Shown piece after piece: positions 13,584 through 28,054 of a stretch of 64,000 bases of DNA. The DNA is from Styela clava (Eukaryota), in NCBI RefSeq assembly GCF_964204865.1, contig NC_135254.1, forward strand, positions 14,942,001-15,006,000, written 5' to 3'. The position numbers and the translations under genes are program-made. Below the pieces are notes generated by a model, which saw nothing but the letters and a program-made list of their open reading frames with translations, was not told where the DNA came from and searched no databases. Positions within the stretch are counted from its first letter, which is position 1. Each line of letters begins with the position of its first letter.

Positions 13584-14377
13584 GTAACTTAGCCTCATAT
13601 GAAAACGTTTTATGAAATGTACGATTGAAGTATGTGCAAAACTGCACCAAAGTATTTTTTGATCAATTTATGCAAAAAATGTGACCAATAAAACACATAA
13701 TGCAGAGAAAAATTTTTAGGATCTCAGTTTAGCATTTTTTTGTTTAATTTATTTTTGGATAATACGATATTGATTAACACACGTTTGAATCCTTTGGCAT
13801 TTTGCCGTGCTTCATGATAAACTATATTAATATTCAAATCTGATGTGCTACAACTGATATTGGGTTTTTCTTCGATTGTTGGTTTTAAATTTCCAAAGAA
13901 AGAGTGAGTACCAGAGTGGCGTTAAAAAAAGCAAATATCAAATCATACATTTTCGACCAGGAATTTCTAGTTATTAAATCGACAATGATCGATTTAACTA
14001 CTTATGATAATAGCGTAATAGATACATACTTAAAAAGAGAATTGATGCGATCAAGTTAATAAAAGTATTAGAGAGGGAGTTCAAATAACGTGATGATTAT
14101 GAATAGCTACAGAAGAGGATGTTATAATTAATTTTTAAAATAAGGTTATAATTATTATGAAACCTAACATTGAAACACTTTATGTACTAGACATCGAGTC
14201 AATTTTCGCTATGCTATACGAATTTTCGTTCTGCATTATTGTTCGTTGTGTTGGATCCATGTATAGAATTATTATATATATACGATGTACTTCGGATAGC
14301 CATTGATAAAAATAAAAAAGATTAAACAAGCGTCCGATCATAACTATGAACTGGTTTTGTATTTGTAGGTCCACAGA

Positions 14378-16122
14378 ATGACGAAGCATTTCCGACCACG
14401 GCACAATTCATGGAAGACGAGACATATCGTTGCCCTGTCTTTGGTAGGTTTTGTTTGGTACACTCTGGTTTCCAAATGGTCTCCCACAGAAGATAAATCT
14501 TCTTTGATCAGAAAACTTCAGGGATTGAAGCCAGTATTTTCACAAAAATCTTCGAAAAGCACCATGATGACGAGTACAACCACGGCAACTAAAACCACCT
14601 TGAGAGCAATACAGAAACCGTCCGTACTTGAAAAACAGAAATCTGATAAATCACCCAAACTTGTGCCTCCCAAACAAAAGTCCAGAAATAAAGACGAAGA
14701 TGCCGATCCGTTCAACAGAAAAAAATTGAACATGAATAATGACCCAAAATTGGCTGAGCTTATTCCAGTTGAGGCACCTGGTAGAAGAACTAGACCGAAA
14801 TTGGGAGGTTTCTTAACACCTCCTCCTATGACGAAAAAGCCTCCTATAATTCTAGTGTGGAAAGCTATGGAACACCAGATGAAACATTATAAGGAAGATT
14901 TGGAATTTTATTTTGGAGAGGAATGTGGGGGTTGTCAGTTGACAACAAATAGAGCGCTGGCGAAAGAATGTGCAGCCCTGGTTCATTTCAATTCTCCAGA
15001 TTTACGAAAACTTATGGATGTACCGGATAACAGTACCAGGTAAAAATTTTCTATACGTATGTCGTATATATACGAATATGTATATGTATGTCTAGTAAAC
15101 CATGATAACGCAGCTTTGCTTTTGTCATCGTTCTCTTACTTTTATCGCCAACAAGTTACAAAAACCACTCAACTTATTTCTTTTTACATGTCAGACATCA
15201 TTTGTAAGGGAAATGCAACTAACCGCCGATTGCTGCGGCAGCTCGGTTGGTCAATACTCACTTATCATCTTTTCTTTTATTTGTTATTTTTAGAAATCCG
15301 GACCAATTTTACGTTTTTTGGTCTCGTGAGACCCCGGCAAAAACTTATTCCTTCAGAAATGTACTTCAAGACAAACGTTTTGATCCAATCTTCAACCTTA
15401 CAATCAATTTTCGGCGGGATGCAGATATTGTTGATTACTTCGGTAATCGAGAATACGAACTTCGATTCTATCGGGAAAAAGAGAGAGACACTGACAACAA
15501 ATGGTTTGAGAGATTATTGAAAAAGAAAAACGGCCTTGCAGTATGGGCAGTCAGTAATTGCAACAGCACTTATGGAGCTACGGAAAGAATGAAATACGCG
15601 AAATCACTGATGAAGGCAGGTCTAAAGCTAACGGCATTTGGACAATGCTTCGGTAAAAGACCCACTGGTGGCGAAATGTTACAGCAGCTGATGCGACATA
15701 AGTTTTACATGTCCCTAGAAAATTCGATTCATTGCCCTGATTATGTTTCGGAAAAGTTCTGGAGAAATGGTCTACGCGCTGGTGCTGTGCCAGTAGTATG
15801 GGGTCCATCTCGAGAAGATATTGCAGAAATTGCCCCAAAACATTCTTATATTCACAGCGAAGACTTTGAAACCCCAGAGAAGCTGGTGAAATATTTAAAT
15901 TATTTAGATAAAAATCAAACAGCTTATTTGGAGTATCATGCTTGGCGTTTTAAACCAATAGACGATTCGATACCTGAAGAAGACATCATACCAACATACA
16001 GATCGTCGTTGTGTCGACTGTGTAAAAAAATTAATGAGAGGCCAATTGTTCGCAAAACGATTGCTTCTGTTTATGACTGGTTATATGAAACACGATATCC
16101 AGACGATTTGTGTTTTCGATGA
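14378..16122 (+). CDS. Alpha-(1,3/1,4)-fucosyltransferase (GT10), paralogue 1; exons 14378-15039 and 15294-16122 (496 aa from this ATG)
   Basis: Type II TM (IVALSLVGFVWYTLV), S/T/P/K-rich stem, GT10 motif FYMSLENSIHCPDYVSEKFWRN, C-terminal CRLC. A phase-2 GT-AG intron restores the frame. Confidence 0.92.
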
Positions 16123-17976
16123 ATATTTAATTGAAACGTGAACAAAATTTCTGCACGAAATAACTCACTAGCCTTGTGTTACATTGAGACCAATCCAATG
16201 GTATATGGTGCAACTGCTAGTGCTTGATTGGTTTTTGTTAGAAGGTTGATCAAAATGACACGAACGAATCAGGAATCAGACGAGAATTCGTATTAAATTT
16301 CAAATTAATTAAAACTGTCTAAAGAAGAGTCAAATATTCTATTACTATTATGAATATAAATTTATGCACGTTTATCGAAGCATGGAATGGACAGATACAT
16401 GCCATGGTATAAGGTCGCCATGTATTTACAATTTTTCAAAGTTACTTTTGCTAATTAATGAGCTTTTTTTTATATATCAACGTGCTCTTATATATATGCT
16501 TGCGCATTAATTATAATGAGAAATAAAATAAAAATTATCTTTCTCAAAAGGTTTTTGTTAATCGATCACAGTTCGAGAGTCTGACTTGACTCGAGTCACC
16601 GCTTCGAAGAATGGTATTTGGACTTGGACATACTATATATATATCAGCACTTGTAGGTCAGGCAGATAGGTCGGCGGCATCCTGTCTACTCATAAAATGC
16701 AAAATTCACAAATATCGTGTTAACAAATTCCCGTCAAAGCTAATCGGTAAAAATGTATGATCTCAAGTTGCAATGTCACCAGAACCGATATATATATATA
16801 AATATGTTTTACATTTTCGACGACCTTCTTTTTCTATTTCATTAGCAAAAACATTTATCTGCACGTCTAAAAAATTCATGCTTAGTCAAAAATGGTGAAT
16901 TTATTCTCGTGTTAAAATATCTATGAAACTTCTAATTCAAACCAAAGGAGCAGCCAAAGTTTCTATAAAATCTTTAAATTGGCCTAGTTTCAAAAGTTCA
17001 ATTTGCATTTATCGCTTGGATTTAAAAAAATAAATGGTGACCCAAAAAACAGAATCCATAAATTTATTAATTACTTCTGAGAAAATGAAGGAAATTTATT
17101 CAATTTTGTTCACACAAGACATTCTGTTAGTGTATGATTGTACCCAAAAATTTTTGTAATCTAGGACTCTCTGCACAACAGTTATGTTCTCTCTAAAATA
17201 TGTTCCAATGGCCTTCCAGTCATTGAAGACAGACTTACATCCGTTCGCACAAAATTGTCAATCACTCTCCCTAGAAATTTCGCTGCAATCGCTGCCTTGA
17301 GTTTACCTATTGTTTGAGGATTTATATAATATATAAACCCTAGTCTTAGGGGTTGAAGTCCGACGAATGAGGTGCCCATTCACACTTCCTGCATATCATC
17401 CTTTTCTGGAATAGCTCTCTCAGACAGTCGAGGGTGTGGTTTGGTGTGTGGGGTGCCGTCTCGTCTTTCTTGAACTACAGGTAATCTCTAGCAATCGTTC
17501 AACATCGCCCAAATGATATCCAGAATTACCTCAGCACTGACACATAACGATCGTATTCACCGTTTGAGCCCTTTTCATTTTCGTCTTCAAACCAACATGA
17601 ACCGATTATGCCGTTTATTGCTATTGGCTACTCATGCCGAATGTAATAAGTGTAACAGTCTCTGCCTGTAAAAACATTATTTTTGCTATTAACATGTTGT
17701 GACAGCAGAAAGTGTGCTTCAGTAAAAAAACAAGTGAGTGATTGTCAATTTTGTGCAACAGATGTAAGTCTGTATGCAACGTATAGAAGGTCATTTGCAG
17801 CATATTTAGAGAGAATATAACTTTTGTTCAAAGCTGACTCGCTAGAATACATATATATAGTCTCTAACATTACATAATTAAAAAATGACATTAATGTTCT
17901 GGTAAATAAGGATTTTATCACTGCTATGATAGTATCCGGAAATTATCGTTTCGCATTTTTCTACGAACAGCTAGAT

Positions 17977-18255
17977 CAGGGGTGGGTAAGGTTTTTGGAC
18001 CAAGGGCCTAAAATTTTGCCCACTTAGACTTGCGGGACATGAAAGTGAGACGTAAAAAGTTTTATTTTAAGAACAATATTTACAGTGTTACAAAAGCAAA
18101 AGTGGAAAACAATAAGACTCGTGCCAAAACTAAATTTAATCGTAATCTCAATAAATTCCTTCAGCTATTTTTTATCTGAAACATCAAAATTTGGGCCAGA
18201 TTGGATTACTCAACGGGCCGGATTTGTCCCGCGCGCCGTAGTTTGCTCATGTCAG
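17977..18255. mobile_element. Degenerate Charlie/hAT-like MITE
   Basis: Starts CAGGGGTGGGTAA, ends GCCGTAGTTTGCTCATGTCAG; imperfect 8-bp flanks AGCTAGAT/AGCTATGA. Confidence 0.4.
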
Positions 18256-19137
18256 AGCTATGACCGCTGAGTTACTTCATTCTTATCTAAGTTAGGAATA
18301 CGCAAGTAAAAAAGTAGAAAACGAATCAATATACAGAACCATGTTTCAAAATTCCTCTGAGTTGGAATGGTGCTTGAGCGGCTGGTACTCTATTAGGCAT
18401 TGGGCATGCCTGATTAGTTGGAAACTGAGTGGGTACATTTCAATTGTAACGTTACCAGTTAGTAAGTCGTTGGTTACCGTTGCCATTTTGCTGTTTAGCC
18501 ATTTTTGCGTAGATAAACTCGTTCGCCTATACCCCGGAAAACATTTGTTATCATGCAACAGACTCCTCTTAACACCAAGTGCCTAATTGACTGTTTTAGG
18601 AAGTATTTTCAGATGGTATGAATCTGGTGTCACGACAGAGTTATTGCATCATGGTCTGGGGTCTTAAACGATATCTGTTCTGTAACCCACCATACCAAGG
18701 GTCACTCACTATTATTAACAGAATATGACGATCGTAAAAGTTTATTTAGACCATTGTGATGAAAATAAAACATGCCATATTTTAATAACGTGTTTTCTGG
18801 AGTTAGTTTTCTAACGTTATTGTTCTTATGGGCCGTTTCTGAACCTTCATTCCGAACAAGCGAATACGGATGTGTAAGGAGCTACTATTTTTTTGATAAA
18901 TCCGACTCTTTCTGGTTCATTCTCCTAATTTATTACACACATGAATCTTGAGGCTTCGAGTAGCAACTTTTAACTTCAACATCAACCACATGAGGCTGTT
19001 TCTTTGATTTTTGTTTGAAATCGGGTACGATGCCACAACTGCAATGAGAGAATGAATGGTGGTTCAAATGGAGGCTAGGTATGGGCAATGGCATTAGTTC
19101 ACTCTCAAGAAATGCAATTTTTGCATCAAGTATTATA

Positions 19138-19435
19138 AACTAGAATTCGGTTGGAAACCGAAGACTTATCGATCGAAGGTTAGGGGATCCCCCAAAACAG
19201 TGGTCTTTCTCCATAGTGACACCGTGTGTCCCATCACTAATTAATTAATAACTCGCTAATTATACGACATAATACATCCAAAATCAATACGCTTCTGATC
19301 CGAGCTAAGATGGATGCACATGCAAAATTTGGAGCAGATTGAACCTCGCTTTCGTGAGATATCGCATGTATCTAACACACAGACATACAGACAAATACCT
19401 ATCAACATACTTACCGATCAAGATCAATAAGTAAT
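19138..19435 (-). mobile_element. HINE/DINE-1-like element, copy 3
   Basis: Reverse complement of the 2300-2592 family (GAAGACTTATCGATCGAA...CAAATACCTATCAACATACTTACCGATC). Confidence 0.75.
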
Positions 19436-21056
19436 TATGTTACATGTAACACCATGCAATAAGTCAAGTAAATATTCGCATTCCCACGCGAATAAAAATT
19501 CATGAATAGTTTGTGTTCAACCAACATAACATCACCAACCTTGCATAATTTGGGATAGGATAACACGAGGCAACCTTATTGATTGATTTTAATCGTGATT
19601 TTGCGAGATTTCCTTGCATACGCATAATCAATAAGAACAAAGTCTGGTAACGCAGAATGAAACGTGTAAAGCTGATCGTTGGGAATAAGCCCGCAATCAG
19701 CGGTAATAGCAGACTGTACACGTATAGATGACGTTTAGCGCTCGCGGACATTTTTATTTTTCTAATCCTCTCGCCTTAACCTGGATCAATTTCGACACAA
19801 TAACGTTAATTTAGCTTTATTAGTAAGCGGGGATAACATGTGCTAGTCTAGGTCAGTCTGAGTTAATCTCAAGGTGAAAGTTAAACTGGAATTCAGCCAG
19901 ACTTGAAAGAGAAAATATTCACCAGTAAGCGTCTATGAGGGTACGTACCAAAACATTATTATTCTGATATGTATATGGAATTAGTTTTTTTTGATAAGAT
20001 ACGAAATATTTATGTACTCTAAGCCCTATAGGGTCGAAAATGCTAATTAGATGATAGTCTTCAACGAAATTAGAATATGAAATCTGATTAAATAAAAAAC
20101 ATGACTGAAATATGAAAAATACATAGCGCTGCACTGATTTTCAGAATTATATATACATAAACATAATCAGATGACAGCTTTCTAACAGAACTTATATTTA
20201 AAGATCGTAACTATTCAATTTGGTTTATAAACTGGACACCCATTCTGGTAATACGACAAGACCTCAATTCTGATTCTTGGAATGATGTACGTTTGTATCA
20301 TGATGTTTAGATGTTAAAATGATATGATCAATATGAGTTTGAAAATATTTTTGATGTATTTCGACTGGCATTAATTCACGAAAAACCCCAAAAATGGATT
20401 TTTTTTCCTATGTGAAGAATACCAAATTTTCGAAAATCCCAAATGCTGAGGACATCATTTATCTTTTTAAAACATCCGTTTAGGTCGATATTTTTCGAAC
20501 TTCCACGCAGCCATAGGGTTTAATTTTTGCCACAATTCAAAATGATCTAGTTTAAATCGCTTCGGGCAGTGTTTTCATTTTAGCGTTCATATACACGCTC
20601 TGTAGGAAGGTTGAATCGTTGTATTGAAGAGTTTTTGAGGATAATGTTACTCGAATAAGCATGTAGATATCATGTTAATGCCCTTGAGAATCAGAAATAA
20701 ACATTTGCTAAATATCTTTAACTATCAACACTCAACTCAAAACTAAAGTTTGTCATCTATGACTTCGAAGGAGCGTGAACAATTGTTCTAATAATGACAG
20801 CACGCAATGATATTGAAAAAATGATAGAATACTTTGCATTTTTAGCTCTTCGCATTAAGCTTCTTGGTTTTTGTACGTTTTGTTGTAATTTTTTCTCTTG
20901 TTCGAATCATTTTTAACTTTGTAACCATTGTAAATGCATGTATGCCCGCATTATCGGGTACTGTTGAATGAAAGCGAGTCCAACTACTAAAAAATAGAGT
21001 TATTCTCTATAAAAAAAGACTAGTAATCGATTCCAATTTTCATGCAGGTCTTCAGG

Positions 21057-22578
21057 ATGGCCAAGGCGCGAACGAGCAAGTGGAGGATGAAACATTTGAC
21101 AACGCTATTTATCATCTGTTTTGTTTGGTACGCAATTATTACAAGGAGAAAATTTTCCGACGATAAAGAAAGCCTGTTACGATTATTTTATCGCTTAGGA
21201 CATTTTGGAAAGGAAGCAAGTACAACAAATCCGCCATCTCCATTTTCTGTTAGACAGCTATCACTTTCAAAAGCGGAAAAGGAACGAAAAGTCGCTCATG
21301 ACCGTTTTCAAAAAAACGTAAACAAAAAAGAGAAACACGATAGTCCCAAAAAAATTATTCAAAACGATATTGATGTCACAATAAACACGAAACCACCTAT
21401 AATACTTGTTTGGAAAGCAATGGAGTACCAAATGAAAAACTATAAAACGTTTTTGGAATATTATGCACCAGAAAATTGTGGAGGTTGCCAGGTGACAACA
21501 AATAGATCATTGGTAAAAGAATGTGCTGCTTTGGTTCATTTCAACTCACCCGATCTCAGGAAATTTCTTGATGTTCCAGATCCAAAGTATAGGTGAGGTT
21601 TAAGTTTTAGAACATTTCTAATTAAGTCCTACAAACATATTTATTCATAATTGAGCTGATATTGATCTATTACTTTGATCAAGTGAAACCAAACTGGTTT
21701 GTATGTTTAGTAAAACACATTTATTTTCATATAAAAATTCGCTTCTATATTGCAGAAATCCAGATCAAATTTATGCATTTTGGTCTCGCGAAACTCCAGC
21801 GAAGACTCAACATTTCAAGAATGAATTAAAGAGCGATACATTTGATAAAATTTTCAATCTAACTATCAATTTTCGTCATGATTCAGATATAGTTGATTAT
21901 TTTGGAAACATAGAATACGAACTCAGAATATTTAAACAAAGGAACAAACGCAACATGGCAATTGACAAAATCTACAAGCAAAAGAACGCTCTTGCAATAT
22001 GGATAGTAAGCAACTGCGACAGTACCTATGGAGCCGCAGAACGAATGAAATATGCTAAATCGTTAATCAAGGCTGGTCTCAGTTTAACAACTTATGGCGA
22101 TTGTTTCAATAATCGCTTCTCTGGACCTGATATGAACAAAGAAATAATGCGTCATAAATTTTACATGTCTCTCGAAAACTCTATACATTGTCCAGATTAT
22201 GTTTCAGAAAAGTTTTGGAGAAATGGATTACGAGCAGGTGCAGTTCCCGTAGTTTGGGGACCGACGCGAGAAGACGTTGCTCGTATTGCTCCAAAACATT
22301 CATATATTCACAGCGAAGATTTTAAAACTCCAGAAGATTTAGTAAAGTACTTGAATTATTTGGATAAAAATGACACAGCTTACAGGGAATATCATGCATG
22401 GCGTTTTGAACCAATAGATGAGTCCATTCCAGAAGAAGACATTGTACCTAATCATTATTCAACATTTTGTAGACTTTGTAAAAAAGTTACTAAAAAACCA
22501 CTAGTTCATCAAACAATTCCTTCGGTAACAAAGTGGCTTTATGAAACTGGATATGTTGATGATAAATGCTTCAAATAA
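21057..22578 (+). CDS. Alpha-(1,3/1,4)-fucosyltransferase (GT10), paralogue 2; exons 21057-21592 and 21756-22578 (452 aa from this ATG)
   Basis: TM LTTLFIICFVWYAII, GT10 motif FYMSLENSIHCPDYVSEK, same phase-2 intron position as paralogue 1; acceptor at 21047 upstream of the ATG. Confidence 0.92.
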
Positions 22579-24084
22579 ACGGCTAAATTATATTTAAAAT
22601 GCTTTATTAAATCTATGCATCGTTATATACCTGTACAGGTACTTTTCGCATTATTTTATTCCCGCCTAATGTTGTAGTTGAGAGATAAGATCCATCTCAT
22701 ACGGTTATAGTTAGAACTTGAAAGGGCTTGCGCTGAATTTAGCGGATGAACTTTTCCTATGAATCGTTAACCATCTTTGTAAAAGTAATAGTCATAATCG
22801 CGATCACTACTTACTACTGTATTTTAGGATTTTCAATTCTATTCGAGAAATATGTAAGCTTATGGGGAAGTTTGAATATCTCAATAACCATTATCTGCAT
22901 GCCATGTACAAGTGTTGAAATATATTTCACTGGTCTATCATTTGTTGAATAGAGATGAAATACAAAATTAAAGAAGTTTTTTTTCTGAAATGAACACATA
23001 AATATATATTACCGGAGTCCGGAATATATTGTTTTCAGACTTGGATTCATTTGCTGTGCTCTTGCAACTGTTCTTTGCCAAGAAAACAAGACTTGTTGGT
23101 ATATTTCTGGCAACCCATTTACGTTTTTGTCTGAAGTGGTACTGTCGTTTTCGGGTCTTTTGGAAATGTGACTGCCGGAGTGCACATCGAATATGGTGTG
23201 ATCAAACGAATTCTATTTCTAAAAAACAATAGCTCAGTACTGTCAGTAGCTAGAAGAAGGGATGAAATCGTCAATCAAATTACTGGTATTATGTCTTAAC
23301 GTTACCAGTACATAACAGACAGCCGAAAAAATAGTTTAGCCTGCTACAGCCACCCATGAAAATAAGATTCCAGATCAAGACCAAGGTCAACTACTTATTC
23401 AAATCTTAGATACAGTATAGCCTACTTAAAAAAGCCATGAACAGTGAAATGATATCACCGAAGTTCGTAACACTATTGATTAATGCATTTACTACTACCC
23501 GTTCTCCACAAACTTCACTTTCCAGTTTTTAAGTTACCGTATGTGACTTTGCGTGTACCGTATTTCATTGTCAGCGAAATAGGCGACCACAAAAATATTC
23601 ACCCACAGTTTAAGAACCACGGAATTAGCCTAGTCCGTCGTGTATCTCTCAATTATATATGACCATAAAACTGTATAACTAATAGTTTACAGTTTACACT
23701 TACAGACTACCTCGAATGTTTATCAGAACTCCAATATCCTAACTTCTGAGTAATATGCTAACGTACTCCAACTAAACAAAAAACAGACAGTATATTCGAA
23801 AAAAAATTAAACTGCACTTAACCGGCATAAATCTCACATTAACCAACAAGGTCACCCGAATAAGACTGCTTCTGCATCGTTCGGATCAACTGTTTTTCAA
23901 GTCCGCATTTGGGCACTAATAAACGAAGATGTAAAAAAATTCTAAATTCCTATTTGAATATCGAAAGACGCAAACAGTTCATGCAAATGCAGCAATAAAT
24001 ATAAATAAATTAAAGGATATTAACTCTTGGTAGATAGTATCGTAAGTAAGTAGTGACAGGATTGCATAATTATCATGACGTTTT

Positions 24085-26790
24085 TCCCGCGGAAACAAAT
24101 CCCCGGCCTTAAACACAATGGTATAACAGCAATCGAAGATTCCGAAAAAGCTGAGCTTCTGGCGAGTTCGTTCTCGGCAGGTCAGTAGCAATGAAAACTA
24201 CTCCCCGAAATTTCTTTAAAGAAAGATCGCATTCAAATCCTCACATGACGTAACAATCTTCAAGGCTAATCACAAATTGGATAAAAATATCACAATGAAA
24301 GAACTCAATCAAGTTTTAAAACCAAGAAAAAGCACTGCTCCAGGAATAGACAAGATTTGCTACGCGATGCTTATAAAATTGCCCGCATAATGTAAAGACA
24401 TATTACTCAAGATGTTCAATTTGATTTTGAACAAAGGGAGTATTCCAGATACCTGGAAACGCTCTGTTGTAATTCCGATTCTTAAATCCAATAAACAAAA
24501 AGACCAACCATCTTCATATAGGCCTATATCTTTAACTAGCAGTTTATGTAAGGTCTTGGAAAGAATTATAGTTCGCAGACTGAATTGGTTTGTTGAAAAA
24601 AAATGGCATATTATGTAGAGAACAGAGCGGTTTTAGGTGGAGGAGATCTACAACTGATGCATATCTAAAATTTCACGATGACATATATAAAGCTTTACCA
24701 AATAAAAGATCTGTACTTGGCATTTTCTTAGACATGGAAAAAGCTTATAGCATGGTATGGAAAGTGGGACTGTTATACAAACTATATAACATTGGTGTCA
24801 CCGGGAAAATTTGGCTTTTCGTTGCATCTTTTCTGACGGATCGTTCATTTCAGGTTAGAGTAGGCAGTCGTCTTTCAAGTATATTCTCATTAGAAAACGG
24901 AATTCCTCAAGGGAGCGTAATCAGTCCACTGCTATTCAATATAATGATAAACGATATGCCTAGTACTATTTCATCAGATAATGTTGGATTGTTTGCAGAC
25001 GATAGCGCTCTATGGCACATTGGGCTCAAAATTGTAGATTTAATCATTTCCTCTCAGAACTGGTTGGATTGCATTCAGTCCTGGTGCAATCAATGGGGTT
25101 TTAAGATCTCGGTCACAAAACCGATAGTTGTACTCTTCACCCGAAAGAGAAAATTACTACCAATAGAACTACACATAAACGGTGTAATACTACCAGTCAG
25201 GAATGAAGTAAGATACCTCGGAGTCTATTTCGATAGGCGCTTAAATTATAAGAGACATATCGAATATGTTGTACAAAAATGTAGTAAACGGATTAATCTG
25301 CTGCGTTTGCTTATTGGCTAGCTGGGGAGCTAACAAATCACCCCTTTTGTCATTGTACAGATCCCTAGTTCGACCCATTATGGAATATGGTATGGAAGTC
25401 TATTTTTCAGCATCAATGAATGCCACAAGAAAAATCGAAATTATCCAATCTCAATGTCTACGCATCGCTGCAGGTGGCATGATGAGTACGCCTAAAATTG
25501 CTTTACAAGTTTGTTGTAATGAGATGCCATTTAGTGTACGACGACTACAATTATGCCTCTTATATAAGGCTAAACTGCTAACATTTGTTGACCATCCTTG
25601 CCACGAAGTCATCGAACACTCAGGGAAATGAAATATTTCCCAACTCTCCAACATTTCGTACATTTGGTATGATTGCAAGGACTTTCGATATTGACAAATT
25701 GGATATTAGTATTATTAAAGCCGAAGAAATTTCCCCATGGTATTTGATGAAATTAATATTGACGATGCATTATCGAATATACTTTTTCCTTGGTATACGC
25801 CCGACCAAACAAAAGCTATAAGTTTGGAATATATAAATGAATCCTATCAATCACACGTGCATATCTATACCGATGGATCAAAAATTGATGACAAATGCGG
25901 TGCTGCGGTTTATGTTCCATATAATAATTCTCGCATGGGTTTTAGGCTAGACAAAGACTGTTCCTCGTTTGATTGCGAAGTTTTTGCAATATATAGTGCC
26001 CTTACATGGTCAAAAAATAACTATAAAGGGAATATACTTATCATATCGGATTGTATGTCTGCTATACACGCTATAAATAATAACTCGGATCAAATTAGTA
26101 ATATATCTTCAAATATTCAGACTTGTCTTTTTGAGTTACAGGAACAAGGATGCAAAATAACACTACTATGGGCTCCAGGACATGTTGGCATTCCGGGTAA
26201 CGAAGTCGCCGACAAAATAGCAAAGGTATCAGCGGCGAAAGTCGATGTGGACAAAAGATTATCCCAATCACAAAACAAAGTCAAATCACAAATTCGACAA
26301 TTTTGCGCTAATAAATGGGATCAACAGTTTATACACAGTGACCAAGCGTTTCATTACAAGACATTTTCCCCTCAAATGAAGACAGCATCAAGAATTCCAC
26401 TTGGTCACCACGAATAATGGACAAAATTTTATTTCGACTTCAGACGGGACATTGCCGTTTAATTGGGCACCTCCATAAAATAGGATGCCATAATAATGGA
26501 CTTTGCGATTTCTGTGATTCACCAGAGACAGTAGAACATTTTCTAATGAACTGTCGTGCATATAGAAATAAAAGACGCATACTAAAGATGAAATGCCGCG
26601 ATTATGGCATTGAATTTCAACTCAAAGCTATCTTACGCGACCCTAGCATTGCCCCTGCTCTTGTTGATTTTGTGAAATCTACCAAGAGAGTACTATAGCC
26701 ATATACAAAATTTTGATTTAAATTGTCTGGCGCAAAAGACTCAAAAAAAAAAAAAAAAGCGCCATATATTACCATACCACACACACACGT
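24085..26790 (+). mobile_element. 5'-truncated, decayed non-LTR retrotransposon (I-group/Nimb-like LINE: RT + RNase H + CCHC)
   Basis: YRPISLTS, QSGFR, FLDMEKAY, GIPQGSVISPLLF, FADD and YLGV RT motifs; RNase H YTDGSK...SDC...WAPGHVGIPGNEVAD; CDFCDSPETVEHFLMNC. Broken by stops (~24388, 25319, 26415) and frameshifts (~24600, 25630, 25750). Confidence 0.92.
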
Positions 26791-26906
26791 GGAAACTAAA
26801 TTCACAAAATCTTCGAAACGTTTAATATAATAACAGTTAGTTCTGGAACAGTCATAATGTAAAGAAATAGAAAAGCAGTTGAAAAACTCAAAACTTGGAA
26901 ACATTT

Positions 26907-27211
26907 TAAACGAGAATATCGGTCAGAGACCGAAGACTTATCGACCGAAAGTTAGGGGATCCCCCAAAACAGCTCTCTTACTCCATAGTGACACCTTGTG
27001 TCCCATCGCTAATTAATTGATAACTCGCTAATTATACGACATAATTCGCCCAAAATCAATAGGCTTCTGGTCCGAGATAAGATGAATGCACATGCAAAAT
27101 CTGGAGCAGATTCAATCCCGCTTTCGTGAGATATCGCGTGCATCTAACAGACATACAGACAGACAGACAAATACCTATCAACATACTTACCGATTAAAAT
27201 CGATGTGTAAC
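26907..27211 (-). mobile_element. HINE/DINE-1-like element, copy 4
   Basis: Full-length reverse-strand copy with (AGAC)n microsatellite and both sub-terminal repeats. Confidence 0.75.
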
Positions 27212-28054
27212 AAGAAGGTTCGGCGTGTTCCGTGGCAGTTTTAAATATGCTTTAATAATTGCAATCCCAGGATTCGTGTATTGCTATGCGCGCCATATCA
27301 TTTGGCGCCCTATCCGGCAAGAAACTCTGGCGACTATATAGCCTTGAAACTCTGATTCTCAATGGTCTCAGAGGTTATTGCGTACTTACAATAGGGTCGC
27401 TGTTCAGCATACCATTTTCACGCGTCACCTCAATTTTGTGATTATCTGTCCTCTTAATCTGCGACGAAAGCAAAAATGCAAACTTGCGTATCACGTTACA
27501 TAACTGGTTACAAGTGAGTATTGTTTTCAATCGAGTTTGTAATGTATTCCTTGACATCGTGTATCTGGATACCCGAGTTTGCCTATATTCTGCTCGTGTG
27601 GTAGAGAATATAAAATTCTGCAGATAATTCGACCGACGTAAATATCTTTTTCCAATTTAATTCATTGCTGGTAGAAAACTTATTTTAGGTTGTATAATTT
27701 TGAAGCCCAAAATGGTTTGAGTTGGCCACCTTGATGCTAACCCAAGAATACGATTTCCTGGACGGGTAGAACGGGGTTTAACAGATAATAATATAGGTAT
27801 CATGTATTTCCACTCGTGATTGTGTTTTATGTTTTTAATGACACGGCATAACTTTGAGCCGAAATAATATTGTCATGAGAATGAGATATTTGTGAACGTT
27901 TTCCAACAATCAAATTTTATTAATTCAGCAAAAAAAAATTCAAAGAGTTTTTGTTTTCACTCAATGAAAATAAATATAAAAATTATATCATCAAGATTTT
28001 CATCTTTGTGTCAGTTCGACAGTGGCTCTCATTTTGCAATACGTCACCAAGTGG

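Noticed and set aside
15040-15293. 153-aa ORF at 15059 and the N-terminal extensions of the 291-aa ORFs
   Set aside because: Intronic read-through; GT-AG splicing explains the fucosyltransferase frames.
24412-26698. Active retron/DGR or domesticated RT gene
   Set aside because: Typical LINE ORF2 domain order with multiple stops and frameshifts, and no endonuclease or ORF1 region.
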